Shown: positions 29,285 to 39,428, counted from the first letter of the stretch. The stretch is 64,000 nt of DNA from Candidatus Woesearchaeota archaeon (GCA_017609645.1 JAFCDQ010000002.1:1260-65259), one strand, 5' to 3'. Program-made: numbers and translations. Notes: a model not told the origin generated them from the letters alone.

Positions 29285-29809
29285 AGCAAATCTTTCTAAG
29301 CCGCACATAATCATCATTAAGAAATCTTTGTTATTTTCTCTTAATTTATTCATCACTTTAATATCTTGCTCTGATGCTATGCAGCTATTAACTGGATGGC
29401 TGTGCAAATCAATTAAAGTATTTTCTGGGCAGGCAAAAGATTCAACATGAAAAACATCTGCATTAATTATTTCAGGAAAACTTACTTTGTCAATATAATA
29501 AGTGCTGCCTTGTTTTTTTCCAAATAAACAAGCCTTAATCTCTCTATGCTGATTTTCAAGATATTCTTCCTGGAATTTGTTTAAAGAACCTTTTTGAAAA
29601 ATAATTGTCAAATCCTGAAAATGCAAAACCTGATCCTTAACAGTCCTGCTAACAATAAAATTATCAAGAAAATGAACAAGCCCAAATAAAGCAATTAAAG
29701 CAATTAATGCAATGAAAATCCATTTAGATGGCTTTTTAGATTTTGTTTCATAATCAGATTTTTGAAGATATTGCACATCATCTTCATCCAAGACATGAGG
29801 TTTATTCAT
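29273..29809 (-). CDS. Membrane-anchored JAMM/MPN+ metalloprotease-domain protein
   Basis: HSHPVNSCIASEQD matches the JAMM motif HxHx7Sx2D exactly. One TM helix (WIFIALIALIALFGLV). The track start 29860 is TTG; I take ATG 29809. Confidence 0.6.
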   Translation of the reverse strand: MNKPHVLDEDDVQYLQKSDYETKSKKPSKWIFIALIALIALFGLVHFLDNFIVSRTVKDQVLHFQDLTIIFQKGSLNKFQEEYLENQHREIKACLFGKKQGSTYYIDKVSFPEIINADVFHVESFACPENTLIDLHSHPVNSCIASEQDIKVMNKLRENNKDFLMMIMCGLERFALVK

Positions 29810-29907
29810 TAGTAGGAATATTTTATTAAAATTTAAAAAGATTAGTAATACCATTAACAAGTGGTTACAATAGAAAGATTTATAAATAAAAATGATTTGT
29901 AAAGCTT

Positions 29908-30444
29908 ATGACTGAAAATAACTCAATAAAATATAATATGCTTTTCTTAGGCACTGAAGTACGTAAATCAACAGCCCAAAGAGGAATCATACTTCCTGCA
30001 ACTTTTATCAAATCAATTGAAAAAGAATTAGGAGATAAGTTAGCAAATATAAAAGATGAGCAAAAAAGAGAGCTTTTTATACTGCATTCTAAAGTATATG
30101 AACCATATTTGGGTTTAACATCAAATAATAAAGAAAATTTTCAACAATATATTTTATTATTCACTCCAGGATCCTTAAACTACTTTTTATCAAAAGAGAA
30201 TTTGAAAAAAGAAGACTCTGCATTAGAATTTAAAATAAAAGCTTATACCCAACCAGCAGCTATTTCTGTCAATGGAAAATTCACAATAAAAAAAGAATTT
30301 GCAAAAGATTTGAAATTGTTTAAGGAAACTGGTAAAATTGACACTAAAAAAGAATTAGCAGTAATTGGTTTAGGTCCTTGTCTGGCAATATATCCAGGAA
30401 CTGTTGAAGATTATTTTGATCAACTTTCTACTTCTAAAAAATAA
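29908..30444 (+). CDS. Hypothetical protein with two AbrB/MraZ-like swapped-hairpin-type segments
   Basis: 178 aa. FLGTEVRKSTAQRGIILPATFIKSI and AISVNGKFTIKKEFAKDL each resemble the ...G+++IP+++ DNA-binding hairpin. Weak assignment. Confidence 0.4.
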   Translation: MTENNSIKYNMLFLGTEVRKSTAQRGIILPATFIKSIEKELGDKLANIKDEQKRELFILHSKVYEPYLGLTSNNKENFQQYILLFTPGSLNYFLSKENLKKEDSALEFKIKAYTQPAAISVNGKFTIKKEFAKDLKLFKETGKIDTKKELAVIGLGPCLAIYPGTVEDYFDQLSTSKK

Positions 30445-30493
30445 ATTAATCTATTTTTAAAGATAATGAGGTTTTTTCATTGTAAAAAATAAA

Positions 30494-30605
30494 TGAGGGG
30501 GAAGATATTCCCACCTAATCAAAGATTAGAATTGTCTCCCTACGGCCGACTGTTGTTTAACTACAAAAGGTATGAGAATAAATGAGGGGGAAGGGATTCC
30601 CACCT
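30494..30605 (-). repeat. Two degenerate direct copies of the tRNA-Leu(TAA) 3' end, downstream of the intact tRNA
   Basis: TGAGGGGGAAGATATTCCCACCT at 30494-30516 and TGAGGGGGAAGGGATTCCCACCT at 30583-30605. The tRNA 3' end is TGAGGGGGAAGGGATTCGAACCC at 30660-30682. Each copy is preceded by AAATAAA. The second copy is followed by the palindrome CTGACCGCAGGTCAG. Confidence 0.5.
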
Positions 30606-30659
30606 GACCTGCGGTCAGATAAAGCCACTAAAGTGACATGTCAAAGAACTTAAAAAATA

Positions 30660-30775
30660 TGAGGGGGAAGGGATTCGAACCCTCGGACCCACTAAGGGAC
30701 AGGATTTCTTCTTTCCACAAAAGGAAAGTGTCCATCTTAAGTCCTGCGCGTTTGACCAGACTTCGCTACCCCCTC
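30660..30775 (-). tRNA. tRNA-Leu(TAA) with ~30-nt intron at the canonical position
   Basis: Reverse complement: GAGGGGG TA GCGA...CGC G CAGGA CTTAAG [intron ~ATGGACACTTTCCTTTTGTGGAAAGAAGAA] A TCCTG, long variable arm CCC..GGG, T-arm GAGGG TTCGAAT CCCTT, acceptor 3' CCCCCTC, discriminator A. No encoded CCA. Confidence 0.8.
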
Positions 30776-30892
30776 AAGGGTAATCTCTAAAAAACTGATT
30801 TTGTTTAAAAAGGTTATGTCATTTGCTTAATTTCCATAATATTTATAAATAAACCTCGTATCTAAATAGCACAACCAGAGGGGTGGTTATTA

Positions 30893-32578
30893 ATGAAACT
30901 AAACACGTTAATCAAATGGATTGCTTTTATAGTAATCGTAGCATTACTAATATATGCTTACAAAAGCAAAACAACAAGCCCGACAGGCGAAAATGTCACA
31001 AATTTAAAATCACTAGATGTTGAATTCTATGTAATGAGTCAATGTCCATTTGGACTGCAAGTTGAAAGCGGAATCAAACCAATCCTGGACAAATTTGGAG
31101 ACACAATAAACTTCAAACTAGAATTTGTAGGCTTGGAAAAAGATGGTGAATTCCAAAGTCTTCACGGACAAACAGAACTAGACGGCAACAAAGTCCAATT
31201 ATGCGCTCAAGAACATGAATCAGAAAAATTCCTAGAAATGATTCTTTGCATGAATGAAGAAGCTACAAAAATTCCAGATAACTGGGAAGACTGCGCAAAA
31301 GACTTAGAACTAAACATAGAAAAGATAACTGAATGTTATGAAGGGGAAGAAGGAAACAACTTACTAAAAGAAACTTTCAAAAAAGCAAATGAAAAGAAAG
31401 TGCAAGGAAGCCCAACAATGTACTTTAATGACGAATTATATACTGGAGATAGAGATGAAGACAGTTTCACAAGAGCAGTATGCAGAAAACTAGAACATAA
31501 CCTATGCGAAGATGTTCCTGTATGTGCTAAAGACTCTGACTGCCCTGCAAAAGATAGCAAAATACCATTATGCGAGAATGCAGGCACAGCAGAAGCCAAA
31601 TGCTCAGAAAAAGAAGATGTAAGAGTAGACGCCATATTATTAACAAGCAAACAATGCCCTGACTGTGATATTTCAGAAGCATTACAGCAATTAAAAACAA
31701 TATTCCTAAACTTAGAAGGAAAACAAGTTGACATAGACACAGAAGAAGGAAAACAATTAGCAGAAAAATATGGCATAGAAAAACTGCCAATAATCTTCTT
31801 AAGCAAATCATTGAAAGAAACCTTCATCTGGGAAAAACAAGGCGACCAAATAAAAGAAGCGTTTGTTGAGAAAGACGACATATTCCTAATCAAACCAGAA
31901 TTGACAAACGCACATTTCTTTGTAGATGCTGACAAAAGAAAAGAATACTATGAAAAACTAGGAATAACTTTCGGCGATAATAAACCGCAAATTGACTTCT
32001 TTGTAATGTCATACTGTCCATACGGCGACATAGCAGAAGAAGCAATAGCGCCAGTATATGACCTGCTAAAGGGAAAAGCAGAATTTAATCCACACTATGT
32101 GATTTATTCTGATTATCAAGGTGGAGGAGAACAATTCTGCATAGATGAAGAGGACAAATATTGCGCAATGCATGGTGCGCAGGAAATGAGTCAAGGCTTG
32201 AGAGAATTATGCGTTGCAAAACATTTAGGCATGGATGCTTACTTTGAATATGTCATAGCAATGAATGAAAAATCCAGCTATAAAAATGCTGACGAGAAAT
32301 GGGAAGAAGTCGCAAAAGAAATTGGTTTAGATACTGCGAAAATAAAGAAATGTTTTGAAACAGAAGCTGACGAAATACTTGCAGAAGAATTGAAATTAAA
32401 CAAAGCATTTGGCGCAAAAGGAAGCCCTCAAGTATTCATTGATGGAAATGCATACAGCAGTGGAAGAGATCCAGAAAGCTTCAAACAAGCTTTATGCAAT
32501 GCATTTAATGACGCACCAACAGAATGTGACACAAAATTAGGAACAACTCAAGCAGCAGCATCAGGCAGCTGCAGTTAA
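30893..32578 (+). CDS. Membrane-anchored tandem DsbA-like thiol:disulfide oxidoreductase
   Basis: 561 aa with an N-terminal TM helix and two thioredoxin-fold repeats bearing CPFG and CPYG active-site motifs (MSQCPFG, MSYCPYG). Many extra Cys residues. GAGGGGTGG SD. Confidence 0.65.
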   Translation: MKLNTLIKWIAFIVIVALLIYAYKSKTTSPTGENVTNLKSLDVEFYVMSQCPFGLQVESGIKPILDKFGDTINFKLEFVGLEKDGEFQSLHGQTELDGNKVQLCAQEHESEKFLEMILCMNEEATKIPDNWEDCAKDLELNIEKITECYEGEEGNNLLKETFKKANEKKVQGSPTMYFNDELYTGDRDEDSFTRAVCRKLEHNLCEDVPVCAKDSDCPAKDSKIPLCENAGTAEAKCSEKEDVRVDAILLTSKQCPDCDISEALQQLKTIFLNLEGKQVDIDTEEGKQLAEKYGIEKLPIIFLSKSLKETFIWEKQGDQIKEAFVEKDDIFLIKPELTNAHFFVDADKRKEYYEKLGITFGDNKPQIDFFVMSYCPYGDIAEEAIAPVYDLLKGKAEFNPHYVIYSDYQGGGEQFCIDEEDKYCAMHGAQEMSQGLRELCVAKHLGMDAYFEYVIAMNEKSSYKNADEKWEEVAKEIGLDTAKIKKCFETEADEILAEELKLNKAFGAKGSPQVFIDGNAYSSGRDPESFKQALCNAFNDAPTECDTKLGTTQAAASGSCS

Positions 32579-32637
32579 TTTTTTTCTTTTTGTTTAACAA
32601 AATATTTAAAAACAACAAGCTAGTTTTATTTTAATAA

Positions 32638-32709
32638 GGGCTTGTGGTCTAGAGGCATGACGTCTGCTTGACTTGCAGAAGATCCCCAGTTCGAGTCTGG
32701 GCAGGCCCA
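32638..32709 (+). tRNA. tRNA-Val(GAC)
   Basis: GGGCTTG TG GTC TAGAGGCAT GAC G TCTGC TTGACTT GCAGA AGATC CCCAG TTCGAGT CTGGG CAGGCCC A. Anticodon GAC. TATA-like AAATATTTAAA ~30 nt upstream. Confidence 0.8.
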
Positions 32710-32799
32710 TTCATTTTATTCTTTGCAATTTTAGTTTCGACAAACTGAGAAAGGTTTATAAAAGAAAATCACTATTAATAACAAAAAAGAGGGGAATTT

Positions 32800-33918
32800 G
32801 TGGCTAAACAAAAAGTAAAAAGCATAATACCTCAACTGGCTTTCATAACACTATTAGTAATACTTTTAGTGCTAAGCTTTTTGGTAGCAAAACCATTCTT
32901 AATAGCACTCATAACAGGAGGGCTTTTAGCATTCATCTTCTATCCACTTCACAAATTTTTTTTAAGGAAAACAAAGAAACCAACACTAAGCGCAATAATA
33001 ACAACATTATTAGTATTGCTCTTCATTGCAATACCTTTCTTAGTGATGGGCAATATGCTTGCAAAAGAAACAGCAACAATTTTTGTCGCAACAAAAGAAA
33101 AAATAATACAAGGGCAATTAATACCTGACCAATGCGCAGGAGGAGGATTAGTATGCGACATAAGCAACAAAGTAAATGCAGCATTCACAAACCCAGAAAC
33201 AAGAGTCCATGTCGTAAACTTCCTGAATAAATTAATCAGCTTTATCGCAGAAAAAATAGGACAATTCATAATCAGCATTCCAAAAATAATATTGAACATG
33301 GCAATAGCATTGTTTGCAACATTTTATTTCTTAAGAGACGGAGAAAAATTCCTGAAATTAATAAAAAAAATAGCGCCAATGAAACTCCACCACCAACAAC
33401 AGCTTTTAACACAATTAAAAGAAACAATAAAAGCATTAGTCTTTGGCACAATAATAGTTGCAATCATACAAGGATTATTAGCGATTTTAGGCTTTTTAGT
33501 ATTCAGCGTGCCTAACCCCATATGGTGGGGCTTTGTAACAATGTTCTTTGCATTAATACCATTTGTAGGCGCCTGGCTAGTATGGTTCCCAGCAAGCTTA
33601 TACTTATTTTTATCAGGCTACATGACTTCAACAGATTCATTAATCTGGAAAGGAGTCGGCTTAGCAATATTCGGCATAGTAATCATTTCACAAATAGACA
33701 ACTTACTCAAACCAGTCTTAGTCGGAGGAAAAGCAAAAGTACACCCATTATTAATTTTTGTAGGAGTTCTTGGAGGATTATTATTATTCGGATTTATAGG
33801 AATTATTTTAGGACCAATACTTCTTGCAATGCTGCAAAAAATCATACAAATCTATGCTAAAGAAATTACACCACACTTGAAAGACCAGCCAGGCATTCTA
33901 GGAAAACACCACAAATGA
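32800..33918 (+). CDS. AI-2E family (PerM/UPF0118-like) transporter
   Basis: 372-aa polytopic membrane protein. GTG start with GAGGGG 6 nt upstream. Topology and length fit the AI-2E family. Confidence 0.65.
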   Translation: MAKQKVKSIIPQLAFITLLVILLVLSFLVAKPFLIALITGGLLAFIFYPLHKFFLRKTKKPTLSAIITTLLVLLFIAIPFLVMGNMLAKETATIFVATKEKIIQGQLIPDQCAGGGLVCDISNKVNAAFTNPETRVHVVNFLNKLISFIAEKIGQFIISIPKIILNMAIALFATFYFLRDGEKFLKLIKKIAPMKLHHQQQLLTQLKETIKALVFGTIIVAIIQGLLAILGFLVFSVPNPIWWGFVTMFFALIPFVGAWLVWFPASLYLFLSGYMTSTDSLIWKGVGLAIFGIVIISQIDNLLKPVLVGGKAKVHPLLIFVGVLGGLLLFGFIGIILGPILLAMLQKIIQIYAKEITPHLKDQPGILGKHHK

Positions 33919-35408
33919 AGCTAAAAGTAAAAGACGTGGACATAGCAACAAAAGGAGTTCAAATAGTCATTCTACACCAGTCTGATGCTGAAAAACTAGA
34001 CATTTATCATTTAGATCGTATAAGAATTACAAAAGGAAAAAGAACAACAATAGCAATTGTTAATATTGCTGAAAGTGAAAAATTAGTTCCAAAAAATTGC
34101 ATAGGATTATTTGAAGAAGTTCTCGATGTATTAAAAGCAAGAGATGGTTCAACTGTTAACATAAAACTTGAGAAAAAACCAGAATCTATCGAATATATAA
34201 AAGAAAAATTAGATGGTAAAAAACTGGATTATGCAAAATTAAAACAAATCATAGAAGATATCATTGATAACAAACTTACTGACATTGAATTAACTACTTT
34301 TGTTACTAGCTATTATATTCATTCTTCAAACATGCAGGAAATAGCAGACTTAACAAAAGCAATGATTAATACAGGGGAGAAAATAAATTTTGGTAAAAAA
34401 CCTATTGTTGATTTGCACAGCATCGGAGGAGTTCCTAATAACCGCACCACTATGATTGTCGTGCCTATCTTAATTGCAGCAGGATATAAATTCCCAAAAA
34501 CAAGCTCTCGCGCAATTACTTCACCCGCAGGAACAGCAGACACAATGGAAGTATTATGCAGTGTGAAACATACTATTCCTAGATTGAAAAAAATTGTGAA
34601 AGATGTTGGAGGATTTATTGTTTGGGGAGGCTCTGTAAACTTAGCTCCTGCAGACGACAGAATTATACAAATTGAAAGACCTTTGAGCATTGATTCAGAA
34701 GCACAAATGCTTGCCAGTATCATGGCAAAAAAAGCAAGTGTGGGTTCTTCTCATTTGCTTTTGGAAATTCCTGTTGGCCAGGAAACAAAAGTAAAAACAC
34801 AATCCAAAGCACAGCATTTGAAAAGAATGTTTAAATCTCTTGGAAGAAAAATTGGCATTAAGGTGATGTGTATAATTACAGACGGCAATGAACCAATTGG
34901 AAATGGAATTGGACCTGTATTAGAAGCAAAAGATGTTTTGTATATTCTTTCTAATGATGTTCGCGGACCTAGTGATTTGAAAAATAAAAGTTTAATGATT
35001 GCAGGAGATTTACTGCATTTTGTTGGATGTAGTAATGGACGGAAGAAAGCTAAAGAGATATTAGAGTCTGGGAAAGCTATGATTGCATTTATGAATATAG
35101 TAAAAGCACAAGGAGGCAAACCTTTGAATGCAAATGAACTAAAACTTGGAAACTATCAATATACTGTTACTGCTAAAAAAGACGGATATATTTCAGGATT
35201 TGAAAACTTAGGCATTGCCAGGATTGCAAGAATAGCAGGAGCGCCTCGAGATAAAAAAGCAGGAATGTTTTTACATAAACATGCAGGTGATAAGGTTAAG
35301 AAAAGAGAACCTGTTTTTACAATATATTCTAAAAATAAAATAAAACTTGATTTTGCTATTGAAACATTAAAGAAAACTAAAATATATTCATTAAGATGCC
35401 GAAGATAA
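33915..35408 (+). CDS. deoA: AMP phosphorylase (archaeal thymidine-phosphorylase-family enzyme)
   Basis: 497 aa with the archaeal N-terminal extension plus the phosphorylase core DLHSIGGVPNNRTTMIVVPILIAAGYKFPKTSSRAITSPAGTADTMEVL. Start overlaps the upstream stop (ATGA). Confidence 0.85.
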   Translation: MKLKVKDVDIATKGVQIVILHQSDAEKLDIYHLDRIRITKGKRTTIAIVNIAESEKLVPKNCIGLFEEVLDVLKARDGSTVNIKLEKKPESIEYIKEKLDGKKLDYAKLKQIIEDIIDNKLTDIELTTFVTSYYIHSSNMQEIADLTKAMINTGEKINFGKKPIVDLHSIGGVPNNRTTMIVVPILIAAGYKFPKTSSRAITSPAGTADTMEVLCSVKHTIPRLKKIVKDVGGFIVWGGSVNLAPADDRIIQIERPLSIDSEAQMLASIMAKKASVGSSHLLLEIPVGQETKVKTQSKAQHLKRMFKSLGRKIGIKVMCIITDGNEPIGNGIGPVLEAKDVLYILSNDVRGPSDLKNKSLMIAGDLLHFVGCSNGRKKAKEILESGKAMIAFMNIVKAQGGKPLNANELKLGNYQYTVTAKKDGYISGFENLGIARIARIAGAPRDKKAGMFLHKHAGDKVKKREPVFTIYSKNKIKLDFAIETLKKTKIYSLRCRR

Positions 35409-36088
35409 AAAAACATCAGCACAAAGGAAGTATTTTGAAAGAAATAATTCTCGGAGGGCAGGATGGACTGGTTAATGTTTTAGGAATTGTATTAGCTGTT
35501 GCAACTGCTACTCATTCTATTAAAATTGTATTGATTGCAGGGTTAGCTGCTGCTTTTGCAGAAAGTGTCAGCATGGGTGCTGTTGGTTATACTAGTTACA
35601 AGTCTGGAAAAGAATTTTATTTAGGGCAGGTTGCTAAGGAGAAGAAGGAGATGAAAGAAGTTCCTCATATTGAAAGAGAAGAGATTTTGGCGATTTATCG
35701 TAAAAAAGGATTTAAGGGTAAGTTATTGAAGGACATTGTAAATCATATTACAAAAGATAAAAAATTATGGTTAGAAACAATGATGCTTGAAGAGTTAAGA
35801 TTATGTCCTGATGAATATGAAAAACCATTAAAAACAGCATTTTTGATTGGATTTACTGCATTAATTGGTTCATTTATTCCTTTATTACCATTTTTCTTTT
35901 TGACTGTTGTTAATCAAGCTGTAATTGTTGGAATAATACTTGCTGTTGTAGCATTATTTGTAACAGGAATTGTAAAAGCAAAAGTTACAGTTGGAAAACC
36001 ATTAAAACAAGGATTTGAAATGGTCTTGATTGGAATGGGTGCAGCAGGTATTGGTTATTTGATTGGTTTAGGATTAGGATCTATTTAA
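35396..36088 (+). CDS. VIT1/CCC1-family iron/manganese transporter
   Basis: 230 aa. GGQDGLVNVLGIVLAV...SMGAVGY, five TM helices and a central cytoplasmic loop. Overlaps the upstream stop. Confidence 0.75.
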   Translation: MPKIKKHQHKGSILKEIILGGQDGLVNVLGIVLAVATATHSIKIVLIAGLAAAFAESVSMGAVGYTSYKSGKEFYLGQVAKEKKEMKEVPHIEREEILAIYRKKGFKGKLLKDIVNHITKDKKLWLETMMLEELRLCPDEYEKPLKTAFLIGFTALIGSFIPLLPFFFLTVVNQAVIVGIILAVVALFVTGIVKAKVTVGKPLKQGFEMVLIGMGAAGIGYLIGLGLGSI

Positions 36089-36094
36089 GATTAG

Positions 36095-37015
36095 TCAAAT
36101 AATTCCTGCAAAGAATAAAACAAATAGCAAAGCATATAATATTATGCTGAGGATTACTAGATTAAATTTAGTATAAGAATGAATCTTTTTTGCTAATTTA
36201 ATGCGTTTTTTCTGTATACAGAATTCCATAACATAAGTGTCTACAAAAAATAAAAACAAAATAAAATAAGTCAGCAGCATAAACTTATCTACAAACAAGA
36301 AAGATCCAAGGGTAGGGGGAAGGCGGGTTGCTAACGCAAGATGGAACATTATTACACAAAACAATGCTGTACTGACAATGGCAATACGAAGATCAGGACT
36401 TTTTAATCCTAAAAAAAAAGCAAAAAAAACAATGAGAAGCACGATAACGACAGGTAAAAATATTAACAAAGCATCTTCAAAAGGACGCTTAAGATTAATT
36501 TCAAAAACATAAGTAGAATAAGTGGTGCCATAAATTGGATAATAATAATCATAAGAATATGCATCCCACCCCGTAACAATCCAGCCAGGGAAAAAAATTC
36601 TGTCATCAAGGCCGCTTCTTTTAAAGTTAGGTATTAAACGGACTTTTTCTGTTGATCTGGAACGGTCCTCAATAACTATTTTTAGTTTCTGTGTATCAAA
36701 AGGAAAATCTTTCAAGTCAATTCTTTCAACAAAAGAAGATTCAACACGATAATAAGGTATGCCATTGGATCCAATACTTTTAGTGTAATCTTCAAAATCA
36801 TGTCCATTAACAGGCTCAAAATTCTCAATACTACAATTTGTCCTGCACGTAAAATCCAAATAAAAGTCCATAGTATACGTGCCTGTAGGAATATCATAAT
36901 GGTCAACACCTAAGACATACAATCCAATATAAATATCATCTGGCTCAGCAAAAACACTAGACATATTTAAACAGAAAAGAATAACTAAAACCGCCAGCAA
37001 ATACCTCTTTTTCAT
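36095..37015 (-). CDS. Secreted/membrane hypothetical protein
   Basis: 306 aa with a signal peptide MKKRYLLAVLVILFCLNMSSVFA and several C-terminal TM helices. Confidence 0.5.
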   Translation of the reverse strand: MKKRYLLAVLVILFCLNMSSVFAEPDDIYIGLYVLGVDHYDIPTGTYTMDFYLDFTCRTNCSIENFEPVNGHDFEDYTKSIGSNGIPYYRVESSFVERIDLKDFPFDTQKLKIVIEDRSRSTEKVRLIPNFKRSGLDDRIFFPGWIVTGWDAYSYDYYYPIYGTTYSTYVFEINLKRPFEDALLIFLPVVIVLLIVFFAFFLGLKSPDLRIAIVSTALFCVIMFHLALATRLPPTLGSFLFVDKFMLLTYFILFLFFVDTYVMEFCIQKKRIKLAKKIHSYTKFNLVILSIILYALLFVLFFAGII

Positions 37016-37138
37016 TAAGTTAATTATACTTTAATTTATATATAAAGCTTACTGATAAAATTAAGAGTTTCCTTAGCTGTTTTGAAGAATTAGAATTTTA
37101 TACATACATTTATATTAGTTAATTAAATAAATTAAAAT

Positions 37139-37351
37139 ATGGACTTGAATATTATTAGAGCAGGTATTTTCTTTGTGGCTGGCTTAATGACAATTCTTTT
37201 TCGAAAAAAACTCAATAATTTTAAGAATCGTTTGCATGAAAAACTTCACATGAAAAGCAAAGTAAAAGATGAAAGCAAATTTTATTTCTATTTTGGTATT
37301 GTCCTGATTATTATTTCAATAATCTTATTTCTATTCACAATAAGTAATTAA
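37139..37351 (+). CDS. Small two-TM membrane protein
   Basis: 70-aa ORF. Weak support. Confidence 0.3.
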   Translation: MDLNIIRAGIFFVAGLMTILFRKKLNNFKNRLHEKLHMKSKVKDESKFYFYFGIVLIIISIILFLFTISN

Positions 37352-37411
37352 ACACCAAAATATATTTATAATAGTTAGGTTTATATCTCTTAATCTTAAA
37401 TTGGAGATATA

Positions 37412-38503
37412 ATGATTGACTTACCTACGTTTAACATTGGGAATTTAGTAATTAATATCATACAAGGAGGTATGGGTGTTCGGATTTCTGGCAAATATCT
37501 TGCAAGCGCTGTTGCAAACTGTGGCGGCGCAGGAATTATTGCAACTGTAGGGCTAGGATTATTTGACGATGAAGAGGATTCTAAACTGAGTTATGCTGAG
37601 GCTAATCAACAAGCCCTACGTGAGGAGATTAGAGCTGCAAGACAAATGTCTAATGGAGTTATAGGTGTAAATATAATGTTTGCCTTGAAGGATTATGAGC
37701 AATTAGTTGAGGTTGCTGTTGACGAAGAAGTTGACTTAATAATTTCTGGAGCAGGCGTAGCCAGACATCTTCCAGACTTAGTTGGTGATAAAGATATATG
37801 TTTGGTGCCGATTGTTTCAAGTGCAAAAGCTGCAAGAACAATAACAAACGCATGGGAGAGACAAAATAAAGTTCCTGACGCTTTTATTGTAGAAGGTCCT
37901 AAAGCAGGAGGACATTTAGGTTTTGCGTATGATGATTTAGTAAACGAAACTGCTCCTAAGTTAGAAGACATTGCAAAAGGCGTAATTGATTTTGCAAAAA
38001 ATAGTTTTGAGACTCCAGTCCCTGTGGTTGTGGCAGGAGGAATTTATACTGGACAAGACATTGCTTATTATAAAAACGAAATAAAGGCTGCAGGAGTTCA
38101 AATGGCAACGAGATTTGTGACAACACTTGAATGTGATGCTTCGGATAAATTTAAATTAGCATATCTTAATGCAAAAAAAGAAAATATTCGAATTATTAGA
38201 AGTCCTGTGGGACTGCCTGGAAGAGCAATTATGAATGACTTTTTGGAAAGAGCTCAAAATAAGGAAATCAAAGTTAAATGCAAATCTCATTGTCTTAAAG
38301 CATGCAAGCAAAAAGAATCACTTTATTGTATTGCAGAAGCATTAGTTAACGCTCAGAAAGGACATTTGGGTTATGGTTTTGCATTTGCTGGGGCGAATGC
38401 TTATAGAGCTACGCCTGAAAGTTGTTTAGATTCAGAGGGGAAATTTATTACTGTTAAAACCTTGATGGAAAGACTTTCTAAAGAATATCATAGTTCTTTA
38501 TGA
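37412..38503 (+). CDS. Nitronate monooxygenase / 2-nitropropane dioxygenase family FMN-dependent oxidoreductase
   Basis: 363 aa: IIQGGMGVRISG...GGAGIIATVGLG... and a TIM-barrel pattern. GGAG SD 8 nt upstream. Confidence 0.75.
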   Translation: MIDLPTFNIGNLVINIIQGGMGVRISGKYLASAVANCGGAGIIATVGLGLFDDEEDSKLSYAEANQQALREEIRAARQMSNGVIGVNIMFALKDYEQLVEVAVDEEVDLIISGAGVARHLPDLVGDKDICLVPIVSSAKAARTITNAWERQNKVPDAFIVEGPKAGGHLGFAYDDLVNETAPKLEDIAKGVIDFAKNSFETPVPVVVAGGIYTGQDIAYYKNEIKAAGVQMATRFVTTLECDASDKFKLAYLNAKKENIRIIRSPVGLPGRAIMNDFLERAQNKEIKVKCKSHCLKACKQKESLYCIAEALVNAQKGHLGYGFAFAGANAYRATPESCLDSEGKFITVKTLMERLSKEYHSSL

Positions 38504-38589
38504 AATTAAGATTTGGTGCTATTTGATATTACTACTTTTAAGTTAATACTATAGAAAGATTTAAATATCATCCTCTTTTAATTTAACAT

Positions 38590-39414
38590 ATGGATTTAAA
38601 TCTATTATTGGAAGCACTCAGAAAAGATATTTTCGATAGTGTTGATGCTAAATTAGAACCAGTTCTGAGTCAGCTACCCCCTATAATTCTAAAGTCAAGA
38701 GAAGAATATGCACAATCATTGTTTAACCAAATAAATGATGAATCTGGATTGACCATACCCCCAGAAATTAATAATTTTGCAAAAGAATGCATAAAAATAT
38801 CCGGAGTTTCACCTTTTACTCCAGATACAATATATATTAACGAGGATTATTTTACTGGCAAGGTAGAAGCATTAGAAGAATATAAAATAGCCAGAATAGC
38901 CGCACATGAAGCAGTTCATTCACGATTATATTCAAGAGGAGTTTTAGGAGATATTATAGACCGTTTTTCTGCAGGATTAATGCTCGAACATCCAATTTTT
39001 AAATCATTAAATGAAGGTATTGCAGATTATATTTCCTCAGAAATATGTGGAGAAAGTAAAGGAAATACATCAGATACACAAATTAAAAAATTGGATAGAC
39101 TTGTAAAGGCAAAACTCCTTCTAGTAGATCTTAAATTCAAAGAAGAAAATAATATAGAGCTTGAACAAGAAATCAAAAGTTTTGAAGCAGATTTCATAAG
39201 CCCTAATGAAGAACCATATTACCATGGACGAGTATTTATGCATGTTGTTAGCAAATATTTATCTGAAACAGAAGCTATTGAATTAGCTAGGAATCCTCTG
39301 AAGAATGGTGTTGATATTAACCAATTTGCAGAATTTGGTCAAGACATATTTCGTGTCTCATTAGATGAGATTAAAAACCCTGAAAAATATGCTCAAAGGA
39401 AATTAAATTCTTGA
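38590..39414 (+). CDS. Hypothetical protein with an HExxH zinc-metallopeptidase-like motif
   Basis: 274 aa. IAAHEAVHSRLY (HEAVH) with a downstream EGIADY as a possible third ligand. Confidence 0.45.
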   Translation: MDLNLLLEALRKDIFDSVDAKLEPVLSQLPPIILKSREEYAQSLFNQINDESGLTIPPEINNFAKECIKISGVSPFTPDTIYINEDYFTGKVEALEEYKIARIAAHEAVHSRLYSRGVLGDIIDRFSAGLMLEHPIFKSLNEGIADYISSEICGESKGNTSDTQIKKLDRLVKAKLLLVDLKFKEENNIELEQEIKSFEADFISPNEEPYYHGRVFMHVVSKYLSETEAIELARNPLKNGVDINQFAEFGQDIFRVSLDEIKNPEKYAQRKLNS

Positions 39415-39428
39415 TTGTTCACTCTTGC

